The notes under the pieces: generated by a model | What the model was told of the DNA's origin: nothing | Database searches by the model: none | The model's input: only the letters and a program-made list of their open reading frames with translations | Made by a program: the position numbers and the translations under genes | Part shown: positions 1-6,590 of the stretch, in pieces | How positions within the stretch are numbered: the first letter of the stretch is position 1 | How the letters are laid out: each line of letters begins with the position of its first letter | Assembly: GCA_007376265.1 (NCBI GenBank) | Contig: VMFW01000006.1 | Coordinates: 74,930 to 85,751 of the forward strand | Source: Parcubacteria group bacterium Gr01-1014_20 | Lineage (GTDB): Bacteria; Patescibacteriota; Minisyncoccia; UBA6257; 2-01-FULL-56-20 | DNA: 10,822 nt | Direction of reading: 5' to 3'

Positions 1-479
1 AGGTTGATTACACGGTCGGGTGGACCCTCAAAGATATGAACGTTGGCTTGTCGTTTCTTGACTATGCCACAGTCTTCGGCACCCAAGAACCGGATTTCTT
101 TCGCCCATTCGCAGAGATTCCCCTGCCCCCGATCCAGTTTCCAGGACACAGGATCCAATTGTACTCACGATTTGAGTATTATGCCGCCACCCATGACTTT
201 GATTTAAATTCGGGTGGCTGGGTGATGCTCGGTATCCGTCACTGCTACGAGATTTCGAAGAGGTGGGCGTTTCGTCATCAAGCCAAGATGGTTTACGATG
301 GCGGCGTGTTTGGATCAATGCCGGGATTTCTTGGGATGTATGACGCCGGAGTGGACTACGCTCTTGGCTCAATGACCTGGAACATCCTGTCGGTGAAGCA
401 ATCGATGATCTCCGCCTCAATGACGGATCGGGAAAATCTCACGATTGTCAGCACCAGCGTGAGCGCTCCGATCTATTAG
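1..479 (+). CDS. Hypothetical protein, 3' portion only. The reading frame is open from nt 3, so the gene starts upstream of the window (the ORF track's M at 36 is internal). Possibly an outer-membrane beta-barrel.
   Basis: Frame 3 has no stop from nt 3 to the TAG at 477-479. The protein ends ...LTIVSTSVSAPIY, an alternating hydrophobic/polar pattern with an aromatic last residue as is typical of OM beta-barrels. An intrinsic terminator follows. The antisense ORF 28-420 is Arg/Ser-rich junk. Confidence 0.6.
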   Translation, partial: VDYTVGWTLKDMNVGLSFLDYATVFGTQEPDFFRPFAEIPLPPIQFPGHRIQLYSRFEYYAATHDFDLNSGGWVMLGIRHCYEISKRWAFRHQAKMVYDGGVFGSMPGFLGMYDAGVDYALGSMTWNILSVKQSMISASMTDRENLTIVSTSVSAPIY

Positions 480-498
480 CTATTTTGTTTTGTAAATT

Positions 499-530
499 TA
501 AGCCCCGTTCTTGCGAGCGGGGCTTTTTTG
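499..530 (+). terminator. Rho-independent terminator for the 1-479 gene
   Basis: AAGCCCCGTTC-ttg-CGAGCGGGGCTT hairpin (500-525) followed by TTTTTTG. Confidence 0.8.
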
Positions 531-562
531 TACTTCGCACTGGTGTGCTCAGCATTTTGTCG

Positions 563-589
563 CCTTCGCCCCCTCGAAGGCCCTTCGAG
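563..589. repeat. Palindromic element CTCGAAGG-c-CCTTCGAG, with an extra upstream CCTTCG copy that allows an alternative pairing
   Basis: CTCGAAGG at 573-580 is the exact reverse complement of CCTTCGAG at 582-589. CCTTCG also occurs at 563-568 and could pair with 575-580 instead. The element lies in a 215-nt non-coding island between convergent terminators. Confidence 0.4.
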
Positions 590-743
590 TGATGACGAAA
601 ATAATAAGGAAATCCTTCGACTTACTCAGGATAATTGAATCGCTAAACTCGCAAACTCATTAATTGTAATCCCTCACATTCGTTCGGGATGATTGATTTT
701 CTAAACTTGCGTGACTAACGGGCTTCGTTAAGAAAATCTAATC

Positions 744-771
744 AAAAAAGGGGCGACATTGCTGTCGCCCC
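744..771 (-). terminator. Rho-independent terminator closing the long minus-strand ABC operon
   Basis: On the minus strand: GGGGCGACA-gcaa-TGTCGCCCC followed by TTTTTTGAT (+ coordinates 771-741). It lies 15 nt downstream of the stop at 786. Confidence 0.75.
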
Positions 772-785
772 TTGAAGAGCTAAAT

Positions 786-989
786 TTATCCCTTTCTTTC
801 GGGTGAGTTCACCTGACCGCGTCGCCACACGATGATGACGATCCAGGCGATAAGCGCAGTGACAAGCACCGCCATCACGGCTCTCACGAGCCAGAAGGTG
901 GCAATGAAGACTGCGCTTACTATCGGTTGCACAAGAAGCAAACCGACCAGGATGCAGATGGCCCAGAAAATAATGGTGCCTGTTTTCAA
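786..989 (-). CDS. 67-aa two-TM micro-protein with a TTG start: (M)KTGTIIFWAICILVGLLLVQPIVSAVFIATFWLVRAVMAVLVTALIAWIVIIVWRRGQVNSPERKG
   Basis: A perfect SD AAGGAGG (1002-996) starts 1 nt after the ATPase stop TAA (1005-1003). A 6-nt spacer TCGGAG precedes TTG at 989-987. The ORF is open to TAA at 786-788 and encodes two hydrophobic helices plus a basic tail. The 146-aa track ORF 786-1226 is the same frame extended back over the ATPase gene and is not credible. Confidence 0.45.
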   Translation of the reverse strand: MKTGTIIFWAICILVGLLLVQPIVSAVFIATFWLVRAVMAVLVTALIAWIVIIVWRRGQVNSPERKG

Positions 990-1002
990 CTCCGACCTCC
1001 TT

Positions 1003-1854
1003 TTAGAGTGTTCTGAAACGAAGTTTAACTTCGCGGACAAGATCATGGAAGGCCGGCATGGCTTGAATGTCGGGATGCCAGGCCAGATCCATATCGATGA
1101 GATTGTAGGTATCCTGAATCCTGGCGCCGGGAATGATGGCGCCACTCGCATCGTGATCCCGACCCATGAGCCACAAGGTGTCGGAGACACTGATGGCGGC
1201 CGAGACATCGTGAGTGACGACCACAATTGTCATATGTTCATCAAGAGCTGAAACCTCATTGATGAGTTTCGCAACTTGATCCACCATGACGGGATCGAGA
1301 CCAGAGAAGGGTTCATCCATGAGTAAGACGGTGGTGGAGCAGAGCAGTTGTTGCGCGATGGCTACACGCTGGCGCTGACCGCCGGAGAGTTGACAGGGGT
1401 AAAAACTGGCTCTGTCCCGGAGACCGAAACGCTCAAGCAGAGCCACGCATTCCACCTTTGCCTCTTGCTTGGTGTAGCCACCTTTTCGAGCCGCAACCAT
1501 GAGATTGCTCAACACCGTTCGATGTTCGAAGAGACGATAGTCTTGGGCGACCACTCCAGCCAATCCGCGTTTTACGGGAACCAGCTGGTCGGATCCGGAA
1601 ACTGCGACCAGAATTTCGCCGCTCACTTTTGCATCCTTAGCGGCTGGATCTAGCCCGGCCATCAGATTAAAGAGTTGGGTTTTGCCAACTCCCGATGGCC
1701 CCAGAAAACCAACCACCTGTCCCTGGGTTAGCCCGGGTCGCGTGATGTTTCGAACTTCGGCGTTGACACCGGCAAGGATCTGCTTCCCCCCTAGTTGCAA
1801 GTGAACATCTTTCACCTGCAGGAGGGGCTCTGCCAAGTCATATTGGAATGGCAT
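1003..1854 (-). CDS. ABC transporter ATP-binding protein (TauT/NitT family, SsuB/TauB/NrtD-like)
   Basis: Walker A GPSGVGKT, ABC signature LSGGQRQR, Walker B LLMDEP, H-loop VTHD. An AGGAGG SD sits 5 nt upstream of the ATG (1854). The start lies 2 nt from the permease stop, consistent with translational coupling. Confidence 0.92.
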   Translation of the reverse strand: MPFQYDLAEPLLQVKDVHLQLGGKQILAGVNAEVRNITRPGLTQGQVVGFLGPSGVGKTQLFNLMAGLDPAAKDAKVSGEILVAVSGSDQLVPVKRGLAGVVAQDYRLFEHRTVLSNLMVAARKGGYTKQEAKVECVALLERFGLRDRASFYPCQLSGGQRQRVAIAQQLLCSTTVLLMDEPFSGLDPVMVDQVAKLINEVSALDEHMTIVVVTHDVSAAISVSDTLWLMGRDHDASGAIIPGARIQDTYNLIDMDLAWHPDIQAMPAFHDLVREVKLRFRTL

Positions 1855-1856
1855 TC

Positions 1857-2669
1857 CTACCTCCTATCCAGGGTTAGTCCTGCATGTGGGCACGCGAGAT
1901 TTTTCAATCCGCCCCAGCCGTAGTCTTGAATGAGACCAACGGTGATGATTATAAACTGAATGGCGAAGACCGCGCCTAGATTGAGATGCTTGTTTTCGTC
2001 CAAGAGCAGTTTACCAATACCACCGCCAGAGCGCACCAAACCTTCGACCATGGTGAGCATCATCCAGCCAATAGCAGCGTTGTCACGAATGACATCAAAC
2101 GCTTTGTCGAGAGTGCCACGAACGTGGACCTCCCAGACTACTTCCCACTCACTCATGCGAAGGGTGCGAGCGTGGTCCTTTTGGTTCTTGGTGATTCGTT
2201 CGAGAACGTTCGACATGTTGGCGATGTTGAAAGCGCTCATGCCAAATGTCATCAGTGCAAGTTTTAAAGAATGTCCACCTGCAAAGACGCTCATGAAAAT
2301 CACTAAAAGGCCGGTGAGACCCAAGAACCTCGCCTTTGAAAGCGCTTCGGCGACTGGCCGCATAATGGGCATAGCCGTGGAGTAGCAAATCAAAAGCGAA
2401 AGAACTGTTGAGAGCGCGACCACTTGAAAGTTAGTCATTAAGCTCTTCCAAAGCTCAAAGGCCAGGCCTTCGTTTTGGTAGAGACTTATGAACGACTGGA
2501 AAACCTCCAAGGGCCGAGGGATGATGTCTGGTGCCCAGTAGATCCAAATCAGGAAAGCGCAAGCAATCCAGAACGTGATGAAAATTCCCAGGGTCCTTTT
2601 GGAGATGGCCCTGTTCGGAGCGAAGGCGTTTTTTAATTCAAACCAAACGCCGTTTCCGTTTCCGTTCAT
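1857..2669 (-). CDS. ABC transporter permease, TauT family (SsuC/TauC/NrtB-like); proposed start at the internal ATG 2669 (MNGNGNGVWFEL...), 271 aa
   Basis: Multiple TM segments. EAA-loop region DHARTLRMSEWEVVWEVHVRGTL...AIGWMMLTMVEGLVRSGGGIGKLL is typical of SsuC/TauC-type permeases. The ATG at 2669-2667 is preceded by GAAAGGAGAAGAA (SD with about 7-nt spacing). The 39 codons the track adds upstream (to 2786) lack an RBS and run through a hairpin. Confidence 0.88.
   Translation of the reverse strand: MNGNGNGVWFELKNAFAPNRAISKRTLGIFITFWIACAFLIWIYWAPDIIPRPLEVFQSFISLYQNEGLAFELWKSLMTNFQVVALSTVLSLLICYSTAMPIMRPVAEALSKARFLGLTGLLVIFMSVFAGGHSLKLALMTFGMSAFNIANMSNVLERITKNQKDHARTLRMSEWEVVWEVHVRGTLDKAFDVIRDNAAIGWMMLTMVEGLVRSGGGIGKLLLDENKHLNLGAVFAIQFIIITVGLIQDYGWGGLKNLACPHAGLTLDRR
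2652..2666 (-). repeat. Short tandem hexamer (GGAAAC/GTTTCC, about 2.5 copies) encoding NGNGNG at the permease N-terminus
   Basis: + strand reads cgTTTCCGTTTCCGTTcat. Confidence 0.5.
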
Positions 2670-2672
2670 TTC

Positions 2673-2698
2673 TTCTCCTTTCTTTCTGCTAGTTGCTG
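2673..2698 (-). promoter_or_regulatory. Conserved 26-nt translation-initiation cassette AGCAACTAGCAG(A)AAGAAAGGAGAAG upstream of the permease gene (copy 2)
   Basis: Matches the element at 6559-6584 at 25 of 26 positions; both end in the SD 7-9 nt before an ATG. Confidence 0.4.
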
Positions 2699-2762
2699 AT
2701 ATGAAATTGTTAAATGGCAGGAATTTCTCCCAGCCTCCCTTTATCGCTAAAGAGAAGCTCGG

Positions 2763-2805
2763 AAAAATGCCCAACTCATAAATCATAAAGACTTTATGAG
2801 TTGGG
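2763..2805 (-). terminator. Weak intrinsic terminator or attenuator hairpin between the SBP-OmpA gene and the ABC permease gene
   Basis: Minus strand: CCCAACTCATAAA-gtctttatga-TTTATGAGTTGGG (13-bp AT-rich stem) followed by CATTTTTCC. Probably only partial termination, giving read-through to the transporter genes. Confidence 0.4.
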
Positions 2806-2810
2806 CGGTG

Positions 2811-2826
2811 TTGCTAGACAATTACG
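2811..2826 (-). promoter_or_regulatory. Third copy of the AATTGTCTAG(C) motif, in the intercistronic region upstream of the ABC genes
   Basis: Minus strand reads gtAATTGTCTAGCAAC. Compare gAATTGTCTAGAAcc at 6992-6978 and aTTTGTCTAGCt at 6928-6938. Confidence 0.3.
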
Positions 2827-2838
2827 GCGGAACTTTCG

Positions 2839-4662
2839 TTACCGCTGGGGTGTGCCCATCACGATCTGAACGCGACGATTTTCAGCCAAAGCGGCCGAAG
2901 TGTTCGCGTGATTGATCGGATCGAGTTCGCCGTGCGGAACGATCTGAATACGGCCTTGTGGGAAGGTGGTCGAGCCTCTCGACTCAAGCCACGACTTCAC
3001 CGCGCGGGCGCGCTTGTCAGACAGGAGCAAGTTGGTCTCGTCAGTGCCGACGCTGTCGGTGTGACCGTGAATAACCAACTGGAGATCACCAGCCACAACA
3101 GCCGAGTTGTTGATCGCCTCCAAGATTGGGTAGGCGTCAGCCATGAATTCGGCCGAACCGCTTCGGAAGTTGATGGTGTAATCTCTACTGGAAACCATCT
3201 GCTTCAAAGAAGTCGTGGTGCCGGCAAACGAAGGCACTTCCGCTTTACCGACCGTCTTTACGAGGCGTTGAGCCGCGAGTATGTACTGCGGATCAAAGAC
3301 TTCGGAGATCGGAGGATAAGATGGAACCAGGTTCGGATACTGCTGGACGACGATATCGCCGAAGACCTTGTAGGTCGCGGCATAGATATTCGGTCCACCA
3401 GCTAATCCGAAGAGGTGCAAGTTGTCGGCCAAGTTATTGACCTTCGAACCGCCAAGCTCCACTCGTAAGCCCTGGATGTCGGTTTCGGTAACGCCATGGA
3501 AGTAGCGTTCCCAGTAGGCCGGACCTGTTTCGGCTTCGTTGTAGAGAATGTCAGAAATCTCGGCGGCTTTCCGAAGAGCACGAGGATAGGTTTTCACCTG
3601 ATCGCCACCCTCGAAGATACCGGCCAACATATTGGCGACGATTTCTTTGTTCTCACTGCACCAGCGCTTGATGCCGACGATAGTGTTTGGCATTTGGTAA
3701 CTGTACTCCTTGGTCGAAACAATAGAGACAATGCCACCACGTTGCCGAGCCACGATGACATCACCGGGAGTCCACGTTACCACTCCCTGAACGGTGATGG
3801 TGGTATCGCGACCAGTTTTCTTGCCGGCAATGACGATTGGACGAGTTTCGCTGTAGCCCTGCACATAGAGCAGAGCCGCATGCTTGTAGTCGTCCGCGGC
3901 CACCCAGTTAAGAGCGGTCGGATCGTAGGTGGTAACATCGGGATTGTTTGGAATCCCATTGTCCCCGCACCACTTGATCGCGATGTTCCAGTCGCCGTCA
4001 GTTAGGTAACCAGCAACGACACCACCGCGAGCCTTTTGAGCGATGCGTTTCCACTCTTCGGGGCCCATGAACTTGTCTTCGCCACGTGAATATCCGTGAC
4101 TACCAACAATCACAGCAGTGTATTCTGGGCCGAGCTTGATCAAGGACTTGTTGACTCCGGCGATAAAAGCTGGAGCTCCATCACCCATGATCGAAACAAA
4201 GGCACAGGTGGTGGCTGGATCTGGGTAGGGGTTACCGTCCTTTACGGCTTGGGCGAAATTGAGCAGCTCAAGCTTCATCTTGTCGGCGTTGTCTTCTCGC
4301 CGATAATTCAGGTTGACACTGCGTTCCGCCATGATTGATCCCTTGGTAGGAGCCAGCCCACCGTTGGCGAGCGCTCCTCCCATTTGAGAGTTCCAAGCCC
4401 AAATGAGCGTGGTGAAGGGCGGTGTGCTTAGATAGGCTGGTTCGATCGAAGGCAAAGGGCGCTCCGGAATGTTTGAGGCACTCGGGGCGCTCGGATCCTG
4501 ACCCTGGGGCAGATTGGCCTTTTGAGGCACGATCGCCTGCTTGATCTTGGCCTTGGGCAAACTGATGAAATCAAGTTGCACGGCGGCGAAGAACAACCCT
4601 CCAACAACCACGGCAATGATGAGGAAACGCGAGAACCCCGTCAAGTTTTTCCAGAAAGACAT
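2839..4662 (-). CDS. 607-aa envelope protein: N-terminal TM anchor, NMT1/NrtA/SsuA-like (TauT-family) substrate-binding core, C-terminal OmpA/MotB-like peptidoglycan-binding domain
   Basis: SD AAAGGAG lies 8 nt before the ATG at 4662. One hydrophobic helix FLIIAVVVGGLFFAAV follows residue 10. The core segment CAFVSIMGDGAPAFIAGVNKSLIKLG resembles the N-terminal beta-strand/helix of NrtA/SsuA SBPs (GFIALTDAAPLIIAKEKGFF). The C-terminus FRSGSAEF...LVIHGHTDSVGTDETNLLLSDKRARAVKSWLESRG...NRRVQIV is a classic OmpA_C/MotB motif. The gene sits immediately upstream of TauT-family permease and ATPase genes. The CDS call is firm; the domain calls are by-eye homology. Confidence 0.8.
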   Translation of the reverse strand: MSFWKNLTGFSRFLIIAVVVGGLFFAAVQLDFISLPKAKIKQAIVPQKANLPQGQDPSAPSASNIPERPLPSIEPAYLSTPPFTTLIWAWNSQMGGALANGGLAPTKGSIMAERSVNLNYRREDNADKMKLELLNFAQAVKDGNPYPDPATTCAFVSIMGDGAPAFIAGVNKSLIKLGPEYTAVIVGSHGYSRGEDKFMGPEEWKRIAQKARGGVVAGYLTDGDWNIAIKWCGDNGIPNNPDVTTYDPTALNWVAADDYKHAALLYVQGYSETRPIVIAGKKTGRDTTITVQGVVTWTPGDVIVARQRGGIVSIVSTKEYSYQMPNTIVGIKRWCSENKEIVANMLAGIFEGGDQVKTYPRALRKAAEISDILYNEAETGPAYWERYFHGVTETDIQGLRVELGGSKVNNLADNLHLFGLAGGPNIYAATYKVFGDIVVQQYPNLVPSYPPISEVFDPQYILAAQRLVKTVGKAEVPSFAGTTTSLKQMVSSRDYTINFRSGSAEFMADAYPILEAINNSAVVAGDLQLVIHGHTDSVGTDETNLLLSDKRARAVKSWLESRGSTTFPQGRIQIVPHGELDPINHANTSAALAENRRVQIVMGTPQR

Positions 4663-4733
4663 TGTGTTGCTCCTTTCTCGTTTCTTGCTGCTGGTTTGCT
4701 TTCACAAACTGATTGCTTTTAGAGCTTCTCGAA

Positions 4734-5810
4734 CTAGTTGCCGAGGAGACGACGATTACGAGCCTGACCAGAACTTGATTGAGCACCGGCCTGTCTCAGT
4801 AAGCTTCCAACCTGTTCAGGTTTAGCGGTGGCTATTGCCTGACCCTCAATGGCGCTTTGAGCTGCGAGCTGAGCCGTATGCTGCTTTTTCTCGCGGATCC
4901 TTTGCAGTAATTCCCGCGAGGCAGATGCGTCTTTGAGCTTGCGGACAGCAGTGACGTCTTTGACCATCGACATGACGGATTCTACTTCGCCCATGGACTG
5001 GTGAATGCGTCGCCGCATAAAGTCCATAGACATTTCGTACATTTCCTTCATGCTGTCTCCACCGATAACGTCACCAACCTGACGGGCGAGCTTTGCGGTT
5101 CTTTTCGCCGCTTCATATTGGCTGATGAGTTTTTGAGTGAAGAACTTCATGGTCTGAAGCTCGTTTTTCAAAAACTGTTCGAGCTCCTTTAGGACGTCTC
5201 GCCAACCCTCGAGAAGCTCTCGATGGCTGCTAATCGCCGGAGCAGTTTCCTTACAGAAGGCTAACTGCTGGGCGAGCGAATTGAAAAGCATCTCGTCTTC
5301 GCTGCTTGCCCAAACATCGTTGGGGCATGAGCGATGAACAAGCTCTTCAATCATGCGCTCGAATTCCGCAATCTGCTTATTGTTTTTCTCCTCCTCCGCG
5401 ATAGCCATCTCAAGTTCTCCGTTGGCTGCAGATTTTGCTGCAACCGCACTTTGAAGCTTGGGCTGAACGTGATCGGAGACGTAGCTCTGAGAGACTTCCT
5501 GTGGAAGCGCCTGAGCGATTGTTTTGGCGGCCATTCTAGCGAATACATTAAAAAGCGTTCGCCCGATGGCCCAGGTTTGTTTTTGCGATAGGACAAAGAG
5601 AACGATGATCGTCGTCACTGCCAAGCCGATAAAAGCAAGCAGGGCGCCGAACATGTCTGTCGCACGCGTGAAGAGTTCCGTTAGCCAGGGAAGGGCTTTG
5701 TAAAGAGCCGTCCCCCCGACCGCGAAAACTCCCAAGGTGCCGAGAAACCCCCAGAACTTTTGTTCTTTCGTGAAAATATCTGGGAGCTTGAACTGCACTC
5801 CTGTTTCCAT
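4734..5810 (-). CDS. 358-aa membrane protein with two N-terminal TM helices and a long helical cytoplasmic domain (start at METGVQF...)
   Basis: SD AAGGAAGGAG lies 6 nt before the ATG at 5810-5808. The ORF track's extra 44 N-terminal residues would overlap the upstream gene's stop and have no RBS. TM1 is FWGFLGTLGVFAVGGTALY and TM2 is ALLAFIGLAVTTIIVLFVL, followed by about 250 aa rich in E/K/Q/L/A. Family unknown (TelA/XpaC-like is only a guess). Confidence 0.8.
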   Translation of the reverse strand: METGVQFKLPDIFTKEQKFWGFLGTLGVFAVGGTALYKALPWLTELFTRATDMFGALLAFIGLAVTTIIVLFVLSQKQTWAIGRTLFNVFARMAAKTIAQALPQEVSQSYVSDHVQPKLQSAVAAKSAANGELEMAIAEEEKNNKQIAEFERMIEELVHRSCPNDVWASSEDEMLFNSLAQQLAFCKETAPAISSHRELLEGWRDVLKELEQFLKNELQTMKFFTQKLISQYEAAKRTAKLARQVGDVIGGDSMKEMYEMSMDFMRRRIHQSMGEVESVMSMVKDVTAVRKLKDASASRELLQRIREKKQHTAQLAAQSAIEGQAIATAKPEQVGSLLRQAGAQSSSGQARNRRLLGN

Positions 5811-5838
5811 TGGTGCTCCTTCCTTTCTGCTCTTAGAG

Positions 5839-6552
5839 TTAGATGTGTGCCGAGATGGCGCTGGCCAAATCTGACAACCGCCCCGAGATGACGTCGTAGG
5901 CACTCTTGATTCGAGTTCCCACGGCTTCTTTCTCGGTATCAATGCGCCCGACTTCGTTCTGGAGATTGGCCTCTTCAGTTTTCAAGGCTGCGATCTCCTC
6001 TTGAAGTTCGCGGATGGATTGCTCGTGAGCAGTGACCTCTTTCGAGATCGCGTTCAAGCGAGCATTCTTATCCTGAGCGTTTCCACGAGCTTCGGTTTCC
6101 AGCTGGGTGCCGAAATCCTGATTCAAGTTTTCGACAATCTGGATACACTCGCGAACAGAAGCCAGAATCTCGTTTGGCCTTACACCGTGCACGCTGTTTA
6201 AAGCCGCCGGAATCAGCTTGTCTTCTTCGGTGATATAGACACCGAGAGTCGTTTTCTGCTGAAGGAACTCCGCGTAACCTCGTTTGGTCACTCCTTTGAG
6301 TGCGTCTTCGAAATCACGCAGGAACTCTGGATCCGGCGTCGCGACACTTAATTTGGCTGTTGCCAAACCCGTTCTTGCCGACGGAGGCGGGACCACCGTT
6401 TTCGACGGTGTTCCACCGGCCAAAAATGTTCGGCGGGTTCGCGCGGGGGGCATTGTGGATGGAGCAATATTCGACGATCGTGGCGGAGCTTCCGGAGTAC
6501 CAGAGCCCACGTCCGACTCGGTGCTTTTCACGAACAGATCCTTGAAAGCCAT
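5839..6552 (-). CDS. 237-aa protein with a Pro/Ser/Thr-rich disordered N-terminus (about 75 aa) and a C-terminal coiled coil
   Basis: SD AAAGGAGAAG lies 7-8 nt before the ATG at 6552. The N-terminus MAFKDLF...PPARTRRTFLAGGTPSKTVVPPPSARTG... has low complexity. The C-terminal segment NARLNAISKEVTAHEQSIRELQEEIAALKTEEANLQNEVGRIDTEKEAV has heptad character. The stop TAA at 5839 lies 28 nt before the next start. Confidence 0.8.
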   Translation of the reverse strand: MAFKDLFVKSTESDVGSGTPEAPPRSSNIAPSTMPPARTRRTFLAGGTPSKTVVPPPSARTGLATAKLSVATPDPEFLRDFEDALKGVTKRGYAEFLQQKTTLGVYITEEDKLIPAALNSVHGVRPNEILASVRECIQIVENLNQDFGTQLETEARGNAQDKNARLNAISKEVTAHEQSIRELQEEIAALKTEEANLQNEVGRIDTEKEAVGTRIKSAYDVISGRLSDLASAISAHI

Positions 6553-6558
6553 ACCGCT

Positions 6559-6584
6559 TCTCCTTTCTTGCTGCTAGTTGCTCT
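6559..6584 (-). promoter_or_regulatory. Conserved 26-nt translation-initiation cassette AGCAACTAGCAG(C)AAGAAAGGAGAAG upstream of the coiled-coil gene (copy 1)
   Basis: See the copy at 2673-2698. Related but degenerate versions precede the starts at 4662 (CAGCAGCAAGAAACGAGAAAGGAG) and 5810 (GAGCAGAAAGGAAGGAG). Confidence 0.4.
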
Positions 6585-6590
6585 GGTTTA

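Noticed and set aside
28-420. The 130-aa minus-strand ORF overlapping the first gene, plus other antisense ORFs from the track (832-1251 +, 1348-1653 +, 1960-2385 +, 2908-3405 +, 3496-4005 +, 6284-6577 +, 6314-6814 -, 7856-8353 -, 8366-8701 -, 9534-9989 +, 10484-10786 +).
   Set aside because: Each lies antisense to or inside a gene with clear family motifs and an RBS. Their compositions are Arg/Ser/Pro-rich low-complexity typical of antisense frames, and they have no SD sites.
786-1226. The 146-aa version of the small TM ORF, and the 309-aa (to 2786) and 402-aa (to 5942) extended versions of the permease and of gene c.
   Set aside because: The extensions overlap upstream genes or hairpins and lack an RBS. 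Internal starts with strong SD sites (TTG 989, ATG 2669, ATG 5810) fit the operon spacing.
2787-2838. An internal promoter for the ABC transporter genes.
   Set aside because: The best candidate, TTGTCT-17-CATAAA, is weak. Read-through from the upstream operon is the simpler explanation.
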